Assembly (NCBI RefSeq): GCF_964194025.1
Contig: NC_134472.1
Coordinates: 67,456,001 to 67,520,000 of the forward strand
DNA length: 64,000 bases
DNA from: Convolutriloba macropyga
Lineage: Eukaryota
Direction of reading: 5' to 3'
Notes under the pieces: model-generated
What the model was told of the DNA's origin: nothing
Database searches by the model: none
What the model saw: only the letters and a program-made list of their open reading frames with translations
Part shown: piece by piece, positions 22,032 through 32,677 of the stretch
How positions within the stretch are numbered: the first letter of the stretch is position 1
Layout: every line of letters begins with the position of its first letter
Made by a program: the position numbers and the translations under genes

Positions 22032-22716
22032 GGCGATGTTTGAGCGTTCTCCAAATTACTTTAAACAATTTCAGAAACAGTTTGAATTTCTCATTCTTGA
22101 AGAAAAACTTAGCTTTTCTATTGGAAATTTTTGTGCAGTGTGTGCACATTTTGATTCCGAATTTTGCAATTTAGTAAACAGTCATTATCACGTTCTGATT
22201 GATACAACTACTTTTGAAAACGAAACAGTGAAACGATATCAGAGCTTTCCTGTGCCTTGTGTTTATACAGCTTTCAAATTCTTGTTTTGGACTGCACCAA
22301 ACTTGGAGACTAATGGAGACGTTTTTACAAAGCTCAAATTGGCAATCGAATTCAACGGTTCGGGAGAAAAAACCGATTCACAGTCAGTGCGCAAACGACT
22401 GCCAGCTTTTGCTAACCACAACAATTTATCGAAAAGCAGCTCTGCAAAACAAACAAATGTCAATCTCAAACCGAGTGCCAAGATGTCAGTAGTTGCTCAA
22501 AAAACTATCTACAATGCCCGGCCTCCATCGAAACAAGTTCAAACTGATTTTGTTAATAGTGAAACTTTACGAAGAGTTGAAACAATTTTGTATGGTCCTC
22601 ATTCTGGCGCTTTTTGTCAAATTATGGATATTTTTTTGAGTGGATATGGAAAATTGAATATTGATTCTGATTTATTGAGTGTTCGCTTTGTGTATGAAGA
22701 AAAAGTAAAGTTTTGA
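22024..22716 (+). CDS. Accessory protein with Cys cluster and HUH-like HYHVL motif
   Basis: Intact ORF (track 22012-22716, ATG at 22024). Contains CAVC...C...SHYHVLID and a downstream VYTAFK. Confidence 0.65.
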   Translation: MVEAMFERSPNYFKQFQKQFEFLILEEKLSFSIGNFCAVCAHFDSEFCNLVNSHYHVLIDTTTFENETVKRYQSFPVPCVYTAFKFLFWTAPNLETNGDVFTKLKLAIEFNGSGEKTDSQSVRKRLPAFANHNNLSKSSSAKQTNVNLKPSAKMSVVAQKTIYNARPPSKQVQTDFVNSETLRRVETILYGPHSGAFCQIMDIFLSGYGKLNIDSDLLSVRFVYEEKVKF

Positions 22717-22747
22717 AAAAAAAAATAAATTTCTCAAGTTAGTAAGG

Positions 22748-23182
22748 TTAGAACATCATATGAAAAGCAAAACGAATCAATTCATTATCGCTAATATTTA
22801 CAAGTTTTTGAGCATTAAAAACAAAATGAGCAATATAAATAAAAAAAAGTCCACAAAGTTTAGAGTTTGCTCTTTGAATTGGTTGATTCTCCAAGAGTTG
22901 ATAGATGTTGTGATTGCTGCCAACGGAAACGATTCTTTGATATAGGTGTTTGTACGATGAAATGGGCTGACCAAGGGGATCGGCAAACAAAAGTTGATTG
23001 TTTTTTCTGCATAATAGTAACCAGTGGCTGCCAATATTTTCAGCAGTTGCTGCATTAACAATAAGGAAGCTGTTTCTGTTCATTTTTTCCGGAAAGTTGT
23101 TGGCCGCAAACACACCACGGAATTTATATTTAAGAGTTTTGCAACTTTGGATTAAACCATTAATATCATCTTCATCCATCAT
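22748..23182 (-). CDS. Adenain-like cysteine maturation protease (PRO)
   Basis: FRGVFAAN, GSHWLLL (His), FADPLG (Asp), QPIQ..NSKLCGLF (Gln/Cys). The ORF is intact. Confidence 0.93.
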   Translation of the reverse strand: MMDEDDINGLIQSCKTLKYKFRGVFAANNFPEKMNRNSFLIVNAATAENIGSHWLLLCRKNNQLLFADPLGQPISSYKHLYQRIVSVGSNHNIYQLLENQPIQRANSKLCGLFFIYIAHFVFNAQKLVNISDNELIRFAFHMMF

Positions 23183-24488
23183 TAATTTGTCAGAATGTGA
23201 TTCTTTGATACTCTTCTTGCACTATCAACAAATATTGTGCTAGCTTTTTCGCCAATAATGAATATTTCTATATTGTTCGGTAAGGCCGCAGAAAATTTCA
23301 ACTCAATAGAAATTGACGAATTTGTAAGCTCAGGATGAATAAAATCGTGGGAGGCTTGTTGGGTGCTGGTCAAATCAAAAACCATTATGAAATGGTTTGG
23401 GTAATCTGTCAAACTTATTCCATGACCATTGTCGATGTAAGCTAAATCGGATATTGTGTTAAAGTAAAGACGTTTGTCATCACTTGTTGATATCGGACTG
23501 TCTGCCACAGGTAAACCGTTTCGATAAATTTAAATCTGCTCAAGGTCGAATTTGCGGAAATTAAATGGATTTTGTCTGTTGTTACCAAGAAACGCTTCGT
23601 TAGTGTTCAGACAAATTGCTAGTCTACGAATCGGTTCTCTGGCAAAAATATCTTCTTGTTTCCAACTGTGGAGACCCGTTGACGCCAGAAACGTTTTTGT
23701 TAGAGTCTCCAGGTAAGGATACGAAGCTGGACTTGTTAATAAAGTTTTTTCAATAGCCGATACAACATCATCGTTCAATGTCATCTTGCACACATACAAA
23801 TTAGCTTCGACAATTTTTACTTTGTAGTGCTTGGCAGCATCGTCAAACATTATAACAAAATCATCTATTGATCGTCTAAATGCAATGCGAAGTGTCACAC
23901 CACTTAGCAAATGTCTGTCACAGGTGAAAAAGTCGACTGCAACTTTACCGGAGAATGTGCACTCAGCTGATTGCTTCACTAAGGCTTTCCTTCTGTTCAC
24001 TTCCGCAGTTGACAGTGCTCCTGGAGTTTCTTCGTAGTAGTAACCCTGACATTCCAGCCAGGTGTTTTTTGCATCTTTGTTATGTGAAAATTCTGTTTCA
24101 ATAAAACTTTTATGAGCATAGTTTCCGTTAGCGTTTGAAATTTTTAGTCCATTAGCAGACACTGTACAGTCAGAGAAGAGTGAATGTAACACATTATTGC
24201 AAAAATAGGGAGCATCTGTCTTCGTAACATCTGTTGCTGCTCCTGCTTCATATCTCAAATCAGCTTTTGATGACTGGACAACTTTACATTTTACTTCCAA
24301 GAAAATTTTCTGTAAGTCAATAAAATTATTTCGGTCACCGGCGACTTCAAATTCTAACATGGGTCCATTTGGACTGTAGACTGGGCCCAACTTTTGACAA
24401 AAACTACCATCGAAATTTACTAAAAGAGAAGGTTTTTCGAATAAATCCAAAGAACTGTGAGAACTGATGGTAACAAATTAGCGATCAT
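23182..24488 (-). pseudogene. Major capsid protein (double jelly-roll, PY/hexon-like), disrupted
   Basis: SSLDLFE, GPMLEFEV..D.NNFIDL, NNVLHSLF, NPFNF, FIMVFDLT, ISIELKF. In-frame TAA at 23530-23532. The likely ATG at 24488 is out of frame by one base near 24463. Confidence 0.9.
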
Positions 24489-24900
24489 CGTTCACTCTGG
24501 CAAAAAAATCTGACCGACTTCTTTTTGGAGCTCTGTGCGTTGAAATGGTTTTTTTGCGTTTGTTGATCGCTTTCTGTGGCTTGACTCGACTTGACTTCCT
24601 CCGACGTGAAGTATTTCGTCGAGATCCCCCAGTCTGTTTTTTAACAGTTTTTGCGATTGTATTTTTAAACGCCTGTTTAGGAGATTTTTTGCTTCCGACT
24701 ACATCGAAAATCTCTGGAACACTTTGTTTCAAAAGCTCTTTCCCGATACACTTCGCTGTAGACAAAATAAAACGACGTGCTAAAGGCAGCGCAACACGTC
24801 CAATGCCTGCAGCTAAGGCTCCAAAACCACTTCCTCTTTGACGATAATGTCCAGAGAAGTGAGGCAAAGACGTTGCTTGATTCGCATAACAAGAATCCAT
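24478..24900 (-). CDS. Basic virion core / membrane-penetration-like protein
   Basis: RQRGSGFGALAAGIGRVALPLARRFIL amphipathic segment, QTGG, and an R/K-rich tail. Lies between the mCP and MCP genes, as in other Polintons. Confidence 0.75.
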   Translation of the reverse strand: MDSCYANQATSLPHFSGHYRQRGSGFGALAAGIGRVALPLARRFILSTAKCIGKELLKQSVPEIFDVVGSKKSPKQAFKNTIAKTVKKQTGGSRRNTSRRRKSSRVKPQKAINKRKKTISTHRAPKRSRSDFFARVNDDR

Positions 24901-24901
24901 T

Positions 24902-25775
24902 TTAGGAGGAAAAATTTTTGAATTGTAGTGTTAGAATAACTTTTCCAGTTCCCGAAAAGTGAACTAATTGGCCTGTTTCCGTTCTCAGTTCAATTGAAAT
25001 CGATTGAATTGTGTTAGTTAGGAGCTTCTTATAGTCTAAATTTGTAAAAACTATCCGATGAGTTGGCTCAAGCTCACAAACACTACCGTTTTTCAGACGT
25101 TGTTTTGAATCAATGACTCGCAAAAGAGGAGCCATAGTGTCACCAACGTATTGATATTCAATTTTGTTAGTGTAGATGAAAATTAGATGCTTTCCAGCAC
25201 AAAGATCAGCTGGGAACTCCCCATAATAAGCTTTCGTATCATCACTTTTCATAAACCTGTTCGCATTGGGAATCATTTTGTACCCAAGATGTATTCCATT
25301 ACCGTCAGGAATACCCTTAAATCGGAATTTCCTCGCTGGGAAATGTAATTCCCTCATACTTGCCAAATAAAATTTCATATTTTCCAGAGCTCTTCAACTC
25401 TCTGAAAGAAAAATTGGGCAGTCCAATTGTTCGCTTAATCGTAGCAAGAAGTTGTGCCACTGTATCAAAGGTTCCTGGCATAAAACTAAATTGTTGTCCA
25501 CTATAAGGTCTAGAAATAACATTAGCTCCCGAAGACATCTTTTGGGAATCTTCATAGTCTTTTAAGTTGTACACAATTAGATTTCCGTTTACTATGTTTT
25601 CTATTTTTGTTGGGAATATGATTTCACTTAACGCCACTCTCCAATCACCTGCAAGTTGAATTTCGTCATTAAAAAAATTTCGAAATGCTGCAAGTGTGTT
25701 TGAATCAAATATTTCCATTGAAGCGGATGAAACAACGTGAACTGTAAACTCGTCTTCAAACCGGTTGTTGGACAT
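24902..25775 (-). pseudogene. Minor capsid protein (penton/PX), frameshifted near 25330
   Basis: N-terminal FTVHVVSSAS...NTLAAF...LAGDWRVALSEIIFP; C-terminal IFIYTN.IEYQYVGDT.APLLRVI and ISIELRTETGQLV.F...KVILTLQF. Confidence 0.9.
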
Positions 25776-26672
25776 TTTCAACGAGAGGGAGCCTGACAAG
25801 TTGTAATTCTGGTTGATAAAATTTTCCTTGATTTGGTACTTTGTCTGTGTCGACTAAGGAGTATGTTGGTGGGCTTAATGTCGGTATTCCCGTTATTTCA
25901 AAGACTTCGTCTGTGAACGATTGCTTGTAACTTTTCCTGAATGCTTTATCTTTTTTAACTATTCTCACAAAGTCTCCAATGTAAAACTTGGGCTTCTGAT
26001 TTGAGCTTGTTTGGACTGTCAATGAAACTGGTCGTGGCACATCTTTTTTTGTAACTTTGTTGGGAGCAATTTTAGTTACTTGATTGACTCTTGAATTGAT
26101 TATTTTCACAAATTGGTCTAATTGGTCAATGTAGCTATAGGTCCACTTTTCTTCGAGATACCGATGAATTATCTTTTTGAGAGATCTAATGTTCCTCTCT
26201 GCAAAAGCTGACTTTTTTTCACTGAAGGTACTATATAACTGAATTCCGCGTTTGTTGCACAATTGTTTGAATTCTCCCAGAAATTCTGTGCCATCGTCAG
26301 CCCATACTTTTTCGGGCTGTTTGTTTTTGATCATCTTTTTGAATGCTTCAGCTGCTTCTGTTGCGTACTTTGTTTTTAATGGTTCCACTCGTAAATATCT
26401 TGACAAACAATCAACCGCTACTAGGAGATACTTGATGTTGCGGTTATATTTTGCTAATTTATCAACGTTGCCAAATCTAGAGACCAAATTTCGTTAATGT
26501 CTTTTACAAAAACTTTAAGCCTTGGAAATTTTAATCGAATTGACCGGTACTTTGTGAAAGACGGCTTTGTCTCCAAATAGGACAGGACTTTGCCTATAGG
26601 GAGCTTGCTTTGAGTCTGTAGTCGTTTTATGCTTCCATACGAAGCTGGTCCTTTTAAATACAACTGATCCAA
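25756..26672 (-). pseudogene. Retroviral-like DDE integrase, frameshifted near 26470
   Basis: GPASYGS, WSLDLA (D), LLVAVDCLSRY, WADDGTEF (D), AERNIRSLK (E), GDFVRI, GKFYQPELQLV. Confidence 0.93.
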
Positions 26673-26682
26673 TTTTTTTACT

Positions 26683-27431
26683 TCAGGAAAAGAAAGACCA
26701 CATCTTCTGACTGGTCTCTTCTTTGTCTGGCGTTTGGTCCGTTTCTTCTTTATATTTTTTTCGGGTTGGTTTTAAGCCACTGAGTCGTTCTCCAGTAGAG
26801 GAGAACTCTTGTTGACTGGGTTGTTCTCTACTTGGGAAAAATTCTTGTTCACTTTCAGACGAGGCTTCCAAGATTTGCTTGGCATGTGTATTTGCAACAA
26901 GATGAGGTGAGATATTAAGAGCAAATAAAATTTTTGAGTAGTTTTCAATGTCATTTTTTTAGTTGGTTGCTGTAGATTGTACAGAAATGTTGAAGCTTTG
27001 ATGCCCAGTGTTTCTTTATTAACGTGAAGAACGTCATTCGACTCTATGGTGACTGTTTCAGATTGGTTAATCAAGTCAAGTATGATTTTTGATCTTTTGA
27101 TTTGGTTTTTATTCATAACTTCTAGCTCTATCATTATAGAGGTGAAATCGTCGCTTTTTCTTTGTTTTTTCACTACCGGTTCAATCTCGCTGTCTTCGCT
27201 CATGGGTTCTGTTTTCTCCTCTTCTACTGTTTCAATCATCAGTTTTTTTGCAGTCTCAACTGGTTCAAATGCTTTCTCTGGTTTTTCCATTGAGTTGCAC
27301 TGGTTTCTTTGCAAAAGAGACAGCTGTGCAGCTTTTTGTTTATAAAGGGGATTGTCCAAAACTTCTTTTTTTACCGGTTGATGTGAAGCAAACATTCGTT
27401 TTGGAATTAAGATGAATTCTTCGGTGAGCAT
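26683..27431 (-). pseudogene. Conserved Polinton ORF of unknown function between the small ORF and integrase, frameshifted near 26950
   Basis: ORFs 26772-27458 and 26683-26871 join across an A-run. The ATG overlaps the upstream stop (TAATG). Confidence 0.65.
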
Positions 27432-30008
27432 TATGATTTTGTCAAATATCGATAACAAGCGAAACCAACAATTTTGAACAAATCTGTTTCTCTAGCAAAA
27501 AGTTGCCTCTTTTCTTTCAAACTTGTTTGTCTAGACAATAGCTTTCTGAATGATTTTTCATAACCTTCTACAACACTTTTTCTTATTGGAACATTACCAT
27601 TGACAATGTTGAGCAAACATTCGCAAAGGAATTTAATGAATTTATTTTGAGCTCTCTCGATCTTCTCTTTTAGTTTTGTATCCGATATGTCTAGCAGCCG
27701 CCCCAGCATACAAACTTCTTTCTCTCTCATCGCTCAAATTTGTTGAAGCTTTGATGCTCAGTGTTTCTTTATTAACGTGAAGAACGTCGTTCGAGTCTAT
27801 GGTGACTGTTTCAGATTGGTTAATCAAGTCAAGTATGATTTTTGATCTTTTGATTTGGTTTTTATTCAAAACTTCTAGCTCTATCATTATAGAGGTGAAA
27901 TCGTCGCTTTTTCTTTGTTTTTTTTTTACTACCGGTTCAATCTCGCTGTCTTCGCTCATGGGTTCTGTTTTCTCCTCTTCTACTGTTTCAATCATCAGTT
28001 TTTTTGCAGCCTCAACTGGTTCGAATAATTTCTCTGGTTTTTCCATTGAGTTGCACTGGTTTCTTTGCAAAAGAGACAGCTGTGCAGCTTTTTGTTTATA
28101 AAGGGGATTGTCCAAAACTTCTTTTTTTACCGGTTGATGTGAAGCAAACATTCGTTTTGGAATTAAGATGATTTCTTCGGTGAGCATTATGATTTTGTCA
28201 AATATCGATAACAAGCGAAACCAACAATTTTGACCAAATCTGTTTCTCTAGCAAAAAGTTGCCTCTGTTCTTTCAAACTTGTTTGTCTAGACAATAGCTT
28301 TCTGAATGATTTTTCATAACCTTCTACAACACTTTTTCTTATTGGAACATTACCATTGACAATGTTGAGCAAACTTTCGCAAAGGAATTTAATGAATTTA
28401 TTTGGAGCTCTCTCGATCTTCTCTTTTAGTTTTGTATCCGATATGTCTAGCAGCCGCCCCAGCATACAAACTTCTTTCTCTCTCATCGCTCAAATTTGTT
28501 GAAGCTTTGATGCCCAGTGTTTCTTTATTAACGTGAAGAACGTCGTTCGAGTCTATGGTGACTGTTTCAGATTGGTTAATCAAGTCAAGTATGATTTTTG
28601 ATCTTTTGATTTGGTTTTTATTCAAAACTTCTAGCTCTATCATTATAGAGGTGAAATCGTCGCTTTTTCTTTGTTTTTTTTTACTACCGGTTCAATCTCG
28701 CTGTCTTCGCTCATGGGTTCTGTTTTCTCCTCTTCTACTGTTTCAATCATCAGTTTTTTTGCAGCCTCAACTGGTTCGAATAATTTCTCTGGTTTTTCCA
28801 TTGAGTTGCACTGGTTTCTTTGCAAAAGAGACAGCTGTGCAGCTTTTTGTTTATAAAGGGGATTGTCCAAAACTTCTTTTTTTACCGGTTGATGTGAAGC
28901 AAACATTCGTTTTGGAATTAAGATGATTTCTTCGGTGAGCATTATGATTTTGTCAAATATCGATAACAAGCGAAACCAACAATTTTGACCAAATCTGTTT
29001 CTCTAGCAAAAAGTTGCCTCTGTTCTTTCAAACTTGTTTGTCTAGACAATAGCTTTCTGAATGATTTTTCATAACCTTCTACAACACTTTTTCTTATTGG
29101 AACATTACCATTGACAATGTTGAGCAAACATTCGCAAAGGAATTTAATGAATTTATTTTGAGCTCTCTCGATCTTCTCTTTTAGTTTTGTATCCGATATG
29201 TCTAGCAGCCGCCCCAGCATACAAACTTCTTTCTCTCTCATCGCTCAAATTTGTTGAAGCTTTGATGCCCAGTGTTTCTTTATTAACGTGAAGAACGTCG
29301 TTCGAGTCTATGGTGACTGTTTCAGATTGGTTAATCAAGTCAAGTATGATTTTTGATCTTTTGATTTGGTTTTTATTCAAAACTTCTAGCTCTATCATTA
29401 TAGAGGTGAAATCGTCGCTTTTTCTTTGTTTTTTTTTACTACCGGTTCAATCTCGCTGTCTTCGCTCATGGGTTCTGTTTTCTCCTCTTCTACTGTTTCA
29501 ATCATCAGTTTTTTTGCAGCCTCAACTGGTTCGAATAATTTCTCTGGTTTTTCCATTGAGTTGCACTGGTTTCTTTGCAAAAGAGACAGCTGTGCAGCTT
29601 TTTGTTTATAAAGGGGATTGTCCAAAACTTCTTTTTTTACCGGTTGATGTGAAGCAAACATTCGTTTTGGAATTAAGATGATTTCTTCGGTGAGCATTAT
29701 GATTTTGTCAAATATCGATAACAAGCGAAACCAACAATTTTGACCAAATCTGTTTCTCTAGCAAAAAGTTGCCTCTGTTCTTTCAAACTTGTTTGTCTAG
29801 ACAATAGCTTTCTGAATGATTTTTCATAACCTTCTACAACACTTTTTCTTATTGGAACATTACCATTGACAATGTTGAGCAAACTTTCGCAAAGGAATTT
29901 AATGAATTTATTTGGAGCTCTCTCGATCTTCTCTTTTAGTTTTGTATCCGATATGTCTAGCAGCCGCCCCAGCATACAAACTTCTTTCTCTCTCATCGCT
30001 CAAATTTG
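26987..30008. repeat. Four tandem copies of a 755-756-bp unit
   Basis: The 99-aa ORF recurs at 27431, 28187, 28942 and 29697. Junctions read caaatttgttgaagctttg. Confidence 0.97.
27431..27730 (-). CDS. Small conserved Polinton protein (LCECLLNIVNGNVP), copy 1 of 4
   Basis: The motif F...CEC.LN..NGNVP is typical of the small gene after the ATPase in Polintons. Intact copies also at 28187-28486, 28942-29241 and 29697-29996. Confidence 0.8.
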   Translation of the reverse strand: MREKEVCMLGRLLDISDTKLKEKIERAQNKFIKFLCECLLNIVNGNVPIRKSVVEGYEKSFRKLLSRQTSLKEKRQLFARETDLFKIVGFACYRYLTKS

Positions 30009-30639
30009 TGATAACGGCTTTAGCTGATGGCAGATAAAAAATTGATGGTCCTGAAGGAACAATATTTGAACAGTAGCGCAAGACGTCTGATGTTTTTGGA
30101 TCCAAATCAATTAATAAATGACCAAACGGTTCTTTGGTTGCGAGCTCATAGCTTTCTTTTAAAAATTGTGCATTATTCAACTGTCGACCAATAAAACTAA
30201 TCTGTTGTGTGTCACGGGGTGATTTGAACAATATGATATGTGTTGTGTTTAGATCAATTGTTCTGGACCATCTGCTTTGCTGGAACAAATTGTGTTTAAC
30301 ATAAATTACACTGATGTTTCTATATCGCCCTGCGGTTGCTAATTTGGAAAATTCTTTGTCATTAAAGATTTCTTCACATGAATCATCGAACACAAGAAGG
30401 CAGTTCTCTAACTCTGAAATGAGCTCAAAATTGGAGATTTTTTAAAAATGTATGTTCAGTTTCTTCTCTAACGATTGGAATTTTGGCTGATCATGCTGAT
30501 AAAAATAATAAATTGTTTGAAACTCTGGGAAAAATGTGCCAATTAATAACATTTTGAAAATGAGCTCAGTTTTCCCGCAGCAAGACGGCCCGCAAACAGC
30601 CATGAACAACCGGTCATTGGTAGAAATAACTTTATTCAT
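29908..30639 (-). pseudogene. A32/FtsK-like genome-packaging ATPase with an in-frame stop at 30442-30444
   Basis: Walker A GPSCCGKT, Walker B LLVFDD, ATAGRYRNISVIYVKHNLF, RTIDLNTTHIILFKSPRD, PFGHLLIDL. Confidence 0.93.
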
Positions 30640-30910
30640 AACTTTGGATTTGTAGGAGCGTATCCAACTGTACAAGAAAGAAGTGAAAACCAAATGTGGA
30701 TTCTTCACAGTCAAGACTGAAAAAAACCAACTTGGTGAGAGATTCAGTTATAAGAAAAATTATTATAATGATTTGTGTACAGTATACAACCTCTGATCGA
30801 GGCAATCTCGAATTGCAAAACCTCCAAGATTGTCTTTCTTGGTGCTCGGCGTCAAAAACCAAGTCAGTTATGCCTCCACCCGAATCTAATTGATCTTCGG
30901 TTTGACTCAT
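30632..30910 (-). CDS. Small transmembrane protein, C-terminus probably frameshifted
   Basis: W.FC....PRSEVVY.TQIIIIIFLI hydrophobic helix. Lies immediately upstream of the ATPase. Confidence 0.65.
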   Translation of the reverse strand: MSQTEDQLDSGGGITDLVFDAEHQERQSWRFCNSRLPRSEVVYCTQIIIIIFLITESLTKLVFFSLDCEESTFGFHFFLVQLDTLLQIQSYE

Positions 30911-30963
30911 TGTGAAATAAAATTGTTCAAAAAATGAATTGCTTTCCAGGAATTTTTACATAA

Positions 30964-31218
30964 TTATTTAACTATAAAAAATTCATAAGAAATATATCCA
31001 GAGTCTTCGTCTCCTTGTTTGTAAGTGATTGCATAGTTTGCATTCATCGAATCTTGTTTATCTCTAAAAACAATTGACTCTACATTGTTCTCTTTAATTA
31101 GCTGCTTGATGTCATCGGGAAGAGTCTCATCGTCCAGAGACATCAGAACTGGTACTGCACGCTTGGGCGTAGGTAAAGGGGTTAGTTTCAACCTTTTCAT
31201 TTTCTCTTGTAAAGACAT
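30964..31218 (-). CDS. Hypothetical Polinton protein
   Basis: ATG-initiated 84-aa ORF in the tightly packed minus-strand gene block. Confidence 0.5.
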   Translation of the reverse strand: MSLQEKMKRLKLTPLPTPKRAVPVLMSLDDETLPDDIKQLIKENNVESIVFRDKQDSMNANYAITYKQGDEDSGYISYEFFIVK

Positions 31219-31456
31219 GGTACAATTGAAAGTACTCCAGTAGAGAAATATACGTTTTGAAAGCTTCTATTTCAGCACCAGCACACACAATCTGCTGTTT
31301 TCTCAAAACTGTTTGGCCTCTTGTGTCAATTTTTTCTTCCTTGATAAGATTAACCGTTAACTGATTTTCAGGCGTTATGCAACTGTAAACTGTCAAATTT
31401 GGAGACAAATTCACTTGTAGTAGAGACGGAGCTGGTTTCTCTAACCGACGATTCAT
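31127..31456 (-). CDS. Hypothetical Polinton protein
   Basis: ATG-initiated 109-aa ORF overlapping both neighbours. Confidence 0.5.
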   Translation of the reverse strand: MNRRLEKPAPSLLQVNLSPNLTVYSCITPENQLTVNLIKEEKIDTRGQTVLRKQQIVCAGAEIEAFKTYISLLEYFQLYHVFTRENEKVETNPFTYAQACSTSSDVSGR

Positions 31457-31952
31457 TCGTCAGCCACTGGTAAAAGAGTTTTGCCCTCTTATTGGCACAA
31501 TGCTTGGTTCTCTGTCGTTTTGGGCAACTCAATGCATGTAATTTACAAACTGGTGTCTCCCGATACAACTTCAAGTGTTCAATTTTTGGGCAGAACAAAG
31601 TTTCCAAGTTGATAACGTTCCTCTGTGACAGCTGTCGTAAAGTTTCCGTTTTTTCTAATCCTTTTGCGTAAAAATCAGAAAAGGGAAATCGAAGAACTAT
31701 ACTTTGAAAAATCTGTTGCAAATAATGATAAGGGTACTCTCCTGTCTCCCACGAGAGACCATGAAGCAAATTAGATACCCACAGGAAAGATCTTTGCTCA
31801 CTCGAACAAAGTATGTTAAATGATTTTGGAGGTAAAAACGAAATTATATCGTTGTAATTTTCGGTAGATACCGCAAGTTCTTTTATTATAAATCCAGATT
31901 TTTTACTTCGAAAGCCTTCAAAATCAAGAACAACCGCTCCGGATTTCAACAT
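31368..31952 (-). CDS. DnaQ/DEDD-like 3'-5' exonuclease-fold protein
   Basis: VVLDFEGF...FIIKELAV, HGLSWETG, YAKGLEK, INLE..CPK and C..H...HCA. The ORF is intact. Confidence 0.75.
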   Translation of the reverse strand: MLKSGAVVLDFEGFRSKKSGFIIKELAVSTENYNDIISFLPPKSFNILCSSEQRSFLWVSNLLHGLSWETGEYPYHYLQQIFQSIVLRFPFSDFYAKGLEKTETLRQLSQRNVINLETLFCPKIEHLKLYRETPVCKLHALSCPKRQRTKHCANKRAKLFYQWLTNESSVRETSSVSTTSEFVSKFDSLQLHNA

Positions 31953-32399
31953 TCCAGCAAATTGAATAAACTATTTTTGAAAGATTTTACGTATAAACAA
32001 AAAGCAATTCCAGTCACATGACCAAGGTACTCATTTGTCACTGAACAAGGTAATACGTAAGAATAGCCTGGACCCTTTTCACTATATTCAACCGGAAGCG
32101 TCGTGGAGTATGGCATGTAATCTCAAAATTTTTAAATTTTTGAAATATTTGACTAACGAAGAATTATCAATACCAATCAAACCTCCGTACGGCCGCAACT
32201 TCAACGCAATATCCAAATCAAGATCCGGATCCAAATGCAAACAAGTGGCTAAAAAGTATAAAAATCGTTTACCGTATTGTGAATATTCTTTTTCGATTTC
32301 CTTGTAAGTTTCGTGAATACTTTTCAAATCAAGCGTTGCTATAGTTGCCATTTGATCTATGCACACATTCTCCCAATAATGATCAATTTTTGCTAACAA
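31946..32399 (-). pseudogene. HD-motif protein, possibly phospholipase A2-like, frameshifted near 32090
   Basis: PYGGLIG...LHAILHDASG, then in a shifted frame EYSEKGPGYSYVLPC...GHVTGIAFCLYVK...LLEC*, overlapping the next ATG. Confidence 0.5.
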
Positions 32400-32551
32400 C
32401 TAACCAAAACCACTTAATCACACGTCTAAATATCACATAATAAGCCCCTCCCCTCTATTAGGGTAATGAGACTACTTTTTACATGTAGCGTTAAATTCAA
32501 ACGACCAGAAAGAACTAGCAAGAACGGCGGAATAGAACAATCCAAACGGCA

Positions 32552-32677
32552 ATAAACAGCAGGCGGAAAGATTTTATCCCGCCTAGCCTATTCCCACTTA
32601 ACCGCCACTACCTATTATCCTATGGTTAAGAGTCGAATGATAACCCCCCTTTCTTTACGTAGGTATTATATACTACT
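32552..32677 (-). repeat. Polinton right terminal inverted repeat
   Basis: Ends ...GGTATTATATACTACT, followed by the TSD GCTGCC. Confidence 0.97.

Larger units (their letters stand above)
10496..32677 (-). mobile_element. Complete Polinton/Maverick (adintovirus-like endogenous virus), 22,182 bp
   Basis: Termini are AGTAGTATATAATACC...GGTATTATATACTACT, with ~125-bp TIRs. TSD GCTGCC lies at 10490-10495 and 32678-32683. Core genes pPolB, INT, ATPase, PRO, MCP and mCP are all on the minus strand. Confidence 0.98.

Noticed and set aside
24451-24480. Stop-codon read-through fusing the core protein to MCP (same frame across the TAA)
   Set aside because: An ATG at 24488 (MIANLLPS...) with a small deletion explains it more simply in a decayed element. 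Not excluded without sister copies.
30700-30720. LxCxE (LDCEE) Rb-binding motif in the small membrane protein
   Set aside because: Short motif next to a transmembrane helix without a clear acidic follow-on; likely chance.
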